Below the pieces are notes generated by a model, which ran no database searches, was not told where the DNA came from, and was given only the letters and a program-made list of their open reading frames with translations. The position numbers and the translations under genes were made by a program. A DNA stretch of 64,000 bases from Octopus sinensis. Taxonomy: Eukaryota. This document shows, one piece after another, positions 10,986-21,600 of this stretch; the stretch's first letter is position 1, and the number at the start of each line of letters is the position of its first letter. The DNA lies in assembly GCF_006345805.1 (NCBI RefSeq), contig NW_021833764.1:1-64000 (forward strand). Direction: 5' to 3'.

Positions 10986-11182
10986 CTCGTTATAATATAA
11001 TATATACTACTCGTATATATAATATATATATATATATATACTCGTATATATATATATTTATATATATAATATATATACATACACACAAATAATGCTTTCT
11101 GTTCCAATATGTGTGTATTTTTTATAAGTATATGTAATTATATTTAGATTCATGTATATGCACAGACCCATAATACACACAC

Positions 11183-11546
<364 letters not shown>

Positions 11547-12013
11547 ACAGATATATATATATATATGTATAATGTATATACACACATACATACACCTAGA
11601 TGCATGCTTGCACGCGCGTGTGTCTGTTTATGCATGTATGGATGTGTGTAAGTAATGTGTGCTTATAACTGCGTTGTTTTCAATATATTTTAGTAGGTAA
11701 TAACTTCAGATCCACAACACAGTTCTTTGTATCAGTATCTCGGATTAATATTATTTATTCCAATGGCTCATCTCCGAACCCCCCCGCGGACGTGAAGTAA
11801 AGATAGAATTTATGACGCCTCCATTGCGGTCATTTGATAGGAGTCGGTTCATATTAGTCTAGATGCAGGCCTGAACCATAAACAGGAAATTATCATAAAC
11901 GGCCCCAACTTGGATAAATCAAATATATTTAAAACTACAGCGCGAGTCTATAATTCTCAGCCTTGGATATATAAGTTAAGATATAATTCCTGTAGAATTA
12001 GGTTCTATTATGG

Positions 12014-12049
<36 letters not shown>

Positions 12050-12210
12050 TTCTAGGTGTTGTCGTTTTCTGTATCTTTCTCTCCCTCTTTCTACCTCTCT
12101 CTCACCCCTTCTCTCCCTCTCTCTCTCTTGCAATCGGGAGAGCAGCACACTGACCGTTGGGCTATGTGCCATAGGCGTCTTCAAGTTCACTATAAAATCT
12201 AAATATTACT

Positions 12211-12370
12211 GAAGGTGTAGCTGTAGGGTAAGAAGTTTGCTTCGCAACCACATGGTTCCGCGTTCAGTCCCACTGCGTAGCATATTGTGCAAGTATTTTC
12301 TGCTACTGACCAGACAAAGACCTTGAGAATGGATCTGGTCGATGGAAACTGAAAGAATCTCTTTGTATAC
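12211..12370 (+). mobile_element. Degraded tRNA-derived SINE 5' part
   Basis: A-box-like TAGCTGTAGGG, B-box-like GTTCAGTCCC, then ...gatggaaactgaaagaa and a microsatellite. Homologous to 3019-3140. Confidence 0.7.
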
Positions 12371-12463
12371 ACACACGCACGTACACACACACACACATAT
12401 ATATACGTATATATTTATGTGTATGTATATATATAAGCATGCATATGTATTTATGTGCGTATA

Positions 12464-12857
12464 TCTTTATATATAAAAGTGAGGTTGTCTGTCTGTCTGT
12501 CTCCTACGATTTAGATTCCTAACTACTCCCACATTTTGCGGTGCAGTTTAACCAAATTCGGGTATCTTATAGTCGTGATTCATATCGAGCCCTTCTGGGT
12601 ATTAGCGCGCGTCTACGATGAGTCTACGATTAAAAAAAGTTTACCATCAATTTTTCCCATTTTTAATGCATTTTTGGCATATATAAGGGAAGTAACTCTC
12701 TAAAAATTTATTATTAAATCTCAGAACGTAAAAAGCTACAGTAACACCCCCCCCTTTGTGGTTAGCCATATTGAGATGGCTATTATACTTTACATCTATA
12801 AAATGCATAAATAGTTATTTCCCTTACAACCCGAGCAATGCCGGGCGATACTGCTAG
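12464..12857 (+). mobile_element. Non-autonomous Helitron, copy 1
   Basis: Starts with 5' TC after an A and ends with 3' CTAG before a T. Subterminal hairpin CCCG-agcaatgc-CGGG lies 12 nt from the end. No TSD. Confidence 0.85.
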
Positions 12858-12865
12858 TATATATT

Positions 12866-13259
12866 ATATATATATAAAACTGTAGTTGTGTGAGTGTCTG
12901 TCCCCTTCGATTTAGATTCTTAACTACTCCCACATTTTGCGGTGCAGTTTAACCAAAACCGGGTATCTTATAGTCGTGATTCATATCGAGCCCTTCTGGG
13001 TATTAGCGCGCGTCTACGATGAGTCTACGATTAAAAAAAGTTTACCATCAATTTTTCCCATTTTTAATGCATTTTTGGCATATATAAGGGAAGTAACTCT
13101 CTAAAACTTTATTATTAAATCTCAGAACGTAAAAAGCTACAGTAACCCCCCCCCTTTGTGGTTAGCCATATTGAGATGGCTATTATACTTTACATCTCTA
13201 AAAATGCATAAATAGTTATTTCCCTTACAAACCCGAGCAATGCCGGGCGATACTGCTAG
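12866..13259 (+). mobile_element. Non-autonomous Helitron, copy 2
   Basis: Near-identical to copy 1, with hairpin and CTAG end. The 5' TC is not resolved within the TA run. Confidence 0.85.
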
Positions 13260-13267
13260 TATATATA

Positions 13268-13677
13268 TCTATATATATAAAACTGTAGTTGTGTGAGTGT
13301 CTGTCCCCTTCGATTTAGATTCTTAACTACTCCCACATTTTGCGGTGCAGTTTAACCAAAACCGGGTATCTTATAGTCGTGATTCATATCGAGCCCTTCT
13401 GGGTATTAGCGCGCGTCTACGATGAGTCTACGATGAGTCTACGATTAAAAAAAAAATTACTATCATTTTTTTCCATTTTTAATGCATTTTTGGCATATAT
13501 AAGGAAAGTAACTCTCTAAAAATTTATTATTAAATCTCAGAACGTAAAAAGCTACAGTAACACCCCCCCCCCTTTGTGGTTAGCCATATTGAGATGGCTA
13601 TTATACTTTACATCTCTAAAAATGCTTATATAGTTATTTCCCTTACAAACCCGAGCAACGCCGGGCGATACTGCTAG
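13268..13677 (+). mobile_element. Non-autonomous Helitron, copy 3
   Basis: TC...CTAG termini and hairpin. Has an extra internal GTCTACGATGA unit. Confidence 0.85.
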
Positions 13678-13834
13678 TATATTTATATTATATAACTTGG
13701 TTTGAGAAGTGGCAATATTTAGATAACCATGATATAGTTATGAGTGGCATCAACATAATAAATATATATAACTCAATAACTACATCAAGACAAGGAAATA
13801 TCAATATATTATTTAGAGTAGAAATAAGAAATAC

Positions 13835-14237
13835 ACGAGGTAAACTTTTCTTATTCCACAATGCCAAATTTAGGATCAATGGCAGCATTCATAAATAAGA
13901 ACAAAATCCAATATCAAACATTCAAAACTTCTAAAATTGACAGAAATTCAAATATAAATAATGTAAGTATATCAGGAACACCTAACATACATAATTCAGC
14001 ATCAAATGAAAATAACTCCCACTCGTTGGTAGCCTTAAATAAAGTGAATCCCGCCCCCACCAAAAATAAAGACAATAGCAGACATAAATTGAGAAAGACA
14101 TGTAGTTGTAAGAAAACCCATTCGTGTCTGCTTGAAGTATTTTGTCTCCGTAATGTAACATATTATTGTATAGATAAATTTCCTCTATTTACATAATATT
14201 GAGGTCTCTTTCTTTTGTTATCTTACCGTTTTACCAA
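13835..14237 (+). mobile_element. Penelope-like element relic (RT/GIY-YIG linker region and probable 3' end)
   Basis: VNFSYSTMPNLGSMAAFINKNKI...KTCSCKKTHSCLLEVFCLRNVTYYC resembles the PLE pattern ISYSCMPN...CNCR....CPL.G.CL...VIY that precedes GIY-YIG. It ends at a (TA)n tract. Confidence 0.7.
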
Positions 14238-14248
14238 TATATATATAT

Positions 14249-14301
<53 letters not shown>

Positions 14302-14316
<15 letters not shown>

Positions 14317-14813
14317 TGTAGTTGTGTGAGTGTCTGTCTCCTACGATTTAGATTCCTAACTCCTCCCACATTTTGTGGTGCAGTTTAACCAAATTCGGGT
14401 ATCTTATAGTCGGGATTCATATCGAGCCCGTCTGAGTATTAGCGCGCGTCTACGATGAGTGTACGATTTTTAAAATAATTTAACATCATTTTTTATTCCA
14501 TTTTTAATGCATAATTTTTCGTGTGTCGATGGCGGCGGAGTTGGCGTCCATGGTCACACCTGCACCTGTTTGCTTCTCCCCCTTCTTCCCTCCCTCGTGA
14601 AGCTGTGGGGAAGGGAGTGTAAGGAAATCAACGTCGTAATGCGTTGTCAAGGAGACCAGCGTTCTTTAGAAACAACGACTTCATGGCTTGAAAACACCAA
14701 AACAGAAATGGCTAAGAAAGCCCGAATTGGCATCTATAGGGAAGTAACTCTCTAAAAATGCTTATATAGTTATTTCCCTTACAAACCCGAGCAACGCCGG
14801 GCGATACTGCTAG
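14302..14813 (+). mobile_element. Non-autonomous Helitron, copy 4, with a different internal module
   Basis: Same 5' ~200 bp and same 3' hairpin/CTAG as copies 1-3, but the interior differs (about 14512-14728). Confidence 0.85.
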
Positions 14814-14833
14814 TATATATATATATATATAAT

Positions 14834-14896
<63 letters not shown>

Positions 14897-14931
14897 GGAA
14901 TGAAGTATTTAGCAGCCCTGTTTCTTCCTAA

Positions 14932-14961
14932 CGTGCTAACGTTTCTGCCAGCTCGCCGCCT
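14932..14961 (-). mobile_element. Isolated 5' head of a tRNA-derived SINE
   Basis: The minus strand reads aggcggcgagctggcagaaacgttagcacg with an A-box-like TGGCAGAAACG. I recall this as the head of the octopus Meta-domain SINE family; this is not verified. Confidence 0.5.
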
Positions 14962-15078
14962 CTTCCTACCGTCTTTGAACTTCTTATGCAAACGAAAAAC
15001 AGATGATCGTCTCATACAAGTTAATCTATGATCAGTATTTTATAAGTTGCCTAGTTCAACGCAAAACTTTATTGCATA
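14962..15078 (-). pseudogene. Mariner (Mos1-type HTH) transposase N-terminal remnant
   Basis: YAIKFCVELGNL*NTDHRLTCMRRSSVFRLHKKFKDGRK resembles the mariner pattern AIKFCxKLG...SVFEWHKRFKEGR. Confidence 0.75.
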
Positions 15079-15509
15079 TCAAGCTTTCTGACCACGTTCT
15101 ACAAACTAGTCATCTGTAATAAGCACAGTTAAGCAATGTGTGTTCAAAGAAGTGCTGTTACAACCGTCCCCTTCAATCTGGTAGACCATAAGGGGGAGCT
15201 CGAGGTTATTAGATGCGTAGTAATGATGTTCTAACATCAGACTAATCTGGGTCAGTTGTAGCTGCCTCTCCAACAAAATTCTCAAAACTTCTAGAATGCA
15301 CCTCGTATTTGTGGCCATTGAGAATTTGATGGCTTTTAAATAGTCTTTGGTGTGTGTGTCTGTATATTTGTGTGCTTGTGTCCGTGTGTTAGCGTGTATA
15401 CGTGTTCGTGTGTGTGTGGTCGTATGTGTGTGTGTGTGTGAGAGAGAGAGAGAGTTTCTTTGTGTGTGTTCGTGTGTGTGTGTGTGTGTATGAGTTTTAT
15501 AATTTTACT

Positions 15510-15657
15510 TGTTTCGTTCACGTTCCGAGTTCAAATTCCACTGAGGTCGACTTTGTCTTTCATCCATTTTGGTGGTACCAGTTGCGTACTGGGGCCGATG
15601 TAGTCAACTTACAACTCCTCCCCCTCCTCGAAACTGCTGTCCTTGTGACAAAATTTG
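15510..15657 (+). mobile_element. Diverged Meta-domain SINE abutting the satellite
   Basis: cgttccgagttcaaattccactgaggtcgactttgtctttcatcc...taccagttgcgtactgggg, followed by a different tail (ctcctccccc...ccttgtgacaaaatttg). Confidence 0.75.
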
Positions 15658-18600
15658 TTAAGTGAATGATTTTTTTAAATGAATTATAAAATGTATTTCG
15701 TCTGCCGCTACGTTCTGAGTTCAAATTCCACCGAGGTCGACTTTGCCTTTCGTCCTTTCGGGGTCGATTAAATAAGTACCAGTTACGCACTGGGGTCGAT
15801 ATAATCGACTTAAGTGAATGATTTTTTTAAATGAATTATAAAATGTATTTCGTCTGCCGCTACGTTCTGAGTTCAAATTCCACCGAGGTCGACTTTGCCT
15901 TTCGTCCTTTCGGGGTCGATTAAATAAGTACCAGTTACGCACTGGGGTCGATATAATCGACTTAAGTGAATGATTTTTTTAAATGAATTATAAAATGTAT
16001 TTCGTCTGCCGCTACGTTCTGAGTTCAAATTCCACCGAGGTCGACTTTGCCTTTCGTCCTTTCGGGGTCGATTAAATAAGTACCAGTTACGCACTGGGGT
16101 CGATATAAATGATTTAAGTGAATGATTTTTTTAAATGAATTATAAAATGTATTTCGTCTGCCGCTACGTTCTGAGTTCAAATTCCACCGAGGTCGAATTT
16201 GCCTTTCGTCCTTTCGGGGTCGATTAAATAAGTACCAGTTACGCACTGGGGTCGATATAATCGATTTAAGTGAATGATTTTTTTAAATGAATTATAAAAT
16301 GTATTTCGTCTGCCGCTATGTTCTGAGTTCAAATTCCACCGAGGTCGACTTTGCCTTTCGTCCTTTCGGGGTCGATTAAATAAGTACCAGTTACGCACTG
16401 GGGTCGATATATCGATTTAAGTGAATGATTTTTTTAAATGAATTATAAAATGTATTTCGTCTGCCGCTATGTTCTGAGTTCAAATTCCACCGAGGTTGAC
16501 TTTGCCTTTCGTCCTTTCGGGGTCGATTAAATAAGTACCAGTTACGCACTGAGGTCGATATAATCGACTTAAGTGAATGATTTTTTAAAATGAATTATAA
16601 AATGTATTTCGTCTGCCGCTATGTTCTGAGTTCAAATTCAACCGAGGTCGACTTTGCCTTTCGTCCTTTCGGGGTCGATTAAATAAGTACCAGTTACGCA
16701 CTGGGGTCGATATAATCGACTTAAGTGAATGATTTTTTTAAACGAATTATAAAATGTATTTCGTCTGCCGCTCTGTTCTGAGTTCAAATTCCACCGAGGT
16801 CGACTTTGCCTTTCGTCCTTTCGGGGTCGATTAAATAAGTACCATTTACGCACTGGGGTCGATATAATCGATTTAAGTGAATGATTTTTTTAAATGAATT
16901 ATAAAATGTATTTCGTCTGCCGCTCTGTTCTGAGTTCAAATTCCACCGAGGTCGACTTTGCCTTTCGTCCTTTCGGGGTCGATTAAATAAGTACCAGTTA
17001 CGCACTGGGGTCGATATAATCGACTTAAGTGAATGATTTTTTTTAAATGAAATATAAAATGTATTTCGTCTGCCGCTACGTTCTGAGTTCAAATTCCACC
17101 GAGGTCGACTTTGCCTTTCGTCCTTTCGGGGTCGATTAAATAAGTACCAGTTACGCACTGGGTCGATATAATCGACTTAAGTGAATGATTTTTTTAAATG
17201 AAATATAAAATGTATTTCGTCTGCCGCTACGTTCTGAGTTCAAATTCCACCGAGGTCGACTTTGCCTTTGGTCCTTTCGGGGTCGATTAAATAAGTACCA
17301 GTTACGCACAGGTCGATAATCGACGACTTAAGTGAATGATTTTTTTAAATGAATTATAAAATGTATTTCGTCTGCCGCTACGTTCTGAGTTCAAATTCCA
17401 CCGAGGTCGACTTTGCCTTTCGTCCTTTCGGGGTCGATTAAATAAGTACCAGTTACGCACTGGGGTCGATATAATCGACTTAAGAGAATGATTTTTTTTA
17501 ATGAAATATAAAATGTATTTCGTCTGCCGCTACGTTCTGAGTTCAAATTCCACCGAGGTCGACTTTGCCTTTCGTCCTTTCGGGGTCGATTAAATAAGTA
17601 CCAGTTACGCACTGGGTCGATATAATCGACTTAAGTGAATGATTTTTTTAAATGAATTATAAAATGTATTTCGTCTGCCGCTCTGTTCTGAGTTCAAATT
17701 CCACCGAGGTCGACTTTGCCTTTCGTCCTTTCGGGGTCGATTAAATAAGTACCAGTTACGCACTGGGGTCGATATAAATGATTTAAGTGAATGATTTTTT
17801 TAAATGAATTATAAAATGTATTTCGTCTGCCGCTACGTTCTGAGTTCAAATTCCACCGAGGTCGAATTTGCCTTTCGTCCTTTCGGGGTCGATTAAATAA
17901 GTACCAGTTACGCACTGGGGTCGATATAATCGATTTAAGTGAATGATTTTTTTAAATGAATTATAAAATGTATTTCGTCTGCCGCTATGTTCTGAGTTCA
18001 AATTCCACCGAGGTCGACTTTGCCTTTCGTCCTTTCGGGGTCGATTAAATAAGTACCAGTTACGCACTGGGGTCGATATAATCGATTTAAGTGAATGATT
18101 TTTTTAAATGAATTATAAAATGTATTTCGTCTGCCGCTATGTTCTGAGTTCAAATTCCACCGAGGTTGACTTTGCCTTTCGTCCTTTCGGGGTCGATTAA
18201 ATAAGTACCAGTTACGCACTGAGGTCGATATAATCGACTTAAGTGAATGATTTTTTAAATGAATTATAAAATGTATTTCGTCTGCCGCTATGTTCTGAGT
18301 TCAAATTCAACCGAGGTCGACTTTGCCTTTCGTCCTTTCGGGGTCGATTAAATAAGTACCAGTTACGCACTGGGGTCGATATAATCGACTTAAGTGAATG
18401 ATTTTTTTAAACGAATTATAAAATGTATTTCGTCTGCCGCTATGTTCTGAGTTCAAATTCAACCGAGGTCGACTTTGCCTTTCGTCCTTTCGGGGTCGAT
18501 TAAATAAGTACCAGTTACGCACTGGGGTCGATATAATCGACTTAAGTGAATGATTTTTTTAAACGAATTATAAAATGTATTTCGTCTGCCGCTCGTTCTG

Positions 18601-21600
18601 AGTTCAAATTCCACCAGAGGTCGACTTTGCCTTTCGTCCTTTCGGGGTCGATTAAATAAGTACCAGTTACGCACTGGGGTCGATATAATCGATTTAAGTG
18701 AATGATTTTTTTAAATGAATTATAAAATGTATTTCGTCTGCCGCTCTGTTCTGAGTTCAAATTCCCCGAGGTCGACTTTGCCTCCTTTCGTCCTTTCGGG
18801 GTCGATTAAATAAGTACCAGTTACGCACTGGGGTCGATATAATCGACTTAAGTGAATGATTTTTTTAAATGAATTATAAAATGTATTTCGTCTGCCGCTA
18901 TGTTCTGAGTTCAAATTCCACCGAGGTCGACTTTGCCTTCGTCGTCCTTTCGGGGTCGATTAAATAAGTACCAGTTACGCACTGGGGTCGATATAATCGA
19001 CTTAAGTGAATGATTTTTTAAAATTAATTATAAAATGTATTTCGTCTGCCGCTATGTTCTAAGTTCAGATTCCACCGAGGTCGACTTTGCCTTTCGTCCT
19101 TTCGGGGTCGATTAAATAAGTACCAGTTACGCACTGGGGTCGATATAATCGACTTAAGTGAATGATTTTTTAAAATGAATTATAAAATGTATTTCGTCTG
19201 CCGCTATGTTCTGAGTTCAAATTCCACCGAGGTCGACTTTGCCTTTCGTCCTTTCGGGGTCCATTAAATAAGTACCAGTTACGCACTGGGGTCGATATAA
19301 TCGACTTAAGTGAATGATTTTTTTAAATGAAATATAAAATGTATTTCGTCTGCCGCTACGTTCTGAGTTCAAATTCCACCGAGGTCGACTATGACTTTCG
19401 TCCTTCGGGGTCGATTAAATAAGAGTACCAGTTACGCACTGGGGTCGATATAATCGACTTAAGTGAATGATTTTTTAAATGAAATATAAAATGTATTTCG
19501 TCTGCCGCTACGTTCTGAGTTCAAATTCCACCGAGGTCGACTTTGCCTTTCGTCCTTTCGGGGCCGATTAAATAAGTACCAGTTACGAACTGGGGTCGAT
19601 ATAATCGACTTAAGTGAATGATTTTTTTAAATGAAATATAAAATGTATTTCGTCTGCCGCTACGTTCTGAGTTCAAATTCCACCGAGGTCGACTTGCCTT
19701 TCGTTTCGTCCTTTCGGGGTCGATTAAATAAACCAGTTACGCACTGGGTCGATATAATCGACTTAAGTGAATGATTTTTTTAAATGAAATATAAAATGTA
19801 TTTCGTCTGCCGCTACGTTCTGAGTTCAAATTCCACCGAGGTCGACTTTGCCTTTGGTCCTTTCGGGGTCGATTAAATAAGTACCAGTTACGCACTGGGT
19901 CGATATAATCGACTTAAGTGAATGATTTTTTAAATGAATTATAAAATGTATTTCGTTGCCGCTACGTTCTGAGTTCAAATTCCACCGAGGTCGACTTTGC
20001 CTTTCGTCCTTTCGGGGTCGATTAAATAAGTACCAGTTACGCACTGGGGTCGATATAATCGACTTAAGAATGATTTTTTTAAATGAAATATAAAATGTAT
20101 TTCGTCAGCCGCTACGTTCTGAGTTCAAATTCCACCAGAGGTCGACTTTGCCTTTCGTCCTTTCGGGGTCGATTAAATAAGTACCAGTTACGCACTGGGG
20201 TCGATATAATCGACTTAAGTGAATGATTTTTTTAAATGAAATATAAAATGTATTTCGTCTGCCGCTACGTTCTGAGTTCAAATTCCACCGAGGTCGACTT
20301 TGCCTTTGCCTTTCGTCCTTTCGGGGTCGATTAAATAAGTACCAGTTACGCACTGGGTCGATATAATCGACTTAAGTGAATGATTTTTTTTAATGAATTA
20401 TAAAATGTATTTCGTCTGCCGCTACGTTCTGAGTTCAAATTCCACCGAGGTCGACTTTGCCTTTCGTCCTTTCGGGGTCGATTAAATAAGTACCAGTTAC
20501 GCACTGGGGTCGATATAATCGATTTAAGTGAAAGATTTTTTTAAATGAATTATAAAATGTATTTCGTCTGCCGCTACGTTCTGAGTTCAAATTCCACCGA
20601 GGTCGAATTTGCCTTTCGTCCTTTCGGGGTCGATTAAATAAGTACCAGTTACGCACTGGAGTCGATATAAACGATTTAAGTGAATGATTTTTTTAAATGA
20701 ATTATAAAATGTATTTCGTCTGCCGCTATGTTCTGAGTTCAAATTCCACCGAGGTCGACTTTGCCTTTCGTCCTTTCGGGGTCGATTAAATAAGTACCAG
20801 TTACGCACTGGGGTCGATATAATCGATTTAAGTGAATGATTTTTTAAAATGAATTATAAAATGTATTTCGTCTGCCGCTATGTTCTGAGTTCAAATTCCA
20901 ACGAGGTCGACTTTGCCTTTCGTCCTTTCGGGGTCGATTAAATAAGTACCAGTTACGCACTGGGTCGATATAATCGATTTAAGTGAATGATTTTTTAAAA
21001 TGAATTATAAAATGTATTTCGTCTGCCGCTATGTTCTGAGTTCAAATTCCACCGGTTGACTTTGCCTTTCGTCCTTTCGGGGTCGATTAAATAAGTACCA
21101 GTTACGCACTGGGGTCGATATAATCGATTTAAGTGAATGATTTTTTAAAATGAATATAAAATGTATTTCGTCTGCCGCTATGTTCTGAGTTCAAATTCCA
21201 CCGAGGTTGACTTTGCCTTTCGTCCTTTCGGGGTCGATTAAATAAGTACCAGTTACGCACTGGGGTCGATATAATCGACTTAAGTGAATGATTTTTTAAA
21301 ATGAATAATAAAATGTATTTCGTCTGCCGCTATGTTCTGAGTTCAAATTCCACCGAGGTCGACTTTGCCTTTCGTCCTTTCGGGGTCGGATTAAATAGTA
21401 CCAGTTACGCACTGGGGTCGATATAATCGACTTAAGTGAATGATTTTTTAAATGATTTATAAAATGTATTTCGTCTGCCGCTCTGTCTGAGTTCAAATTC
21501 CACCGAGGTCGACTTTGCCTTTCGTACTTCGGGGTCGATTAAATAAGTACCAGTTACGCACTGGGGTCGATATAATCGATTTAAGTGAATGATTTTTTTA

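Noticed and set aside
15748-15763. CENP-B box in the monomer (TTCGtcctttCGGG)
   Set aside because: The spacer is 6 nt instead of 7 and lacks the required central A. The motif is inherited from the SINE.
15735-15780. Hammerhead in the satellite minus strand (CCGAAAGGACGAAAG...GTC), as in newt or schistosome satellites
   Set aside because: A GAAA and a GNRA hairpin are present, but there is no CUGANGA core upstream on either strand.
15658-15809. Tandem 5S rRNA, tRNA or snRNA gene cluster
   Set aside because: No cloverleaf, no A box and no 5S or snRNA consensus; the homology is to SINE copies in the same window.
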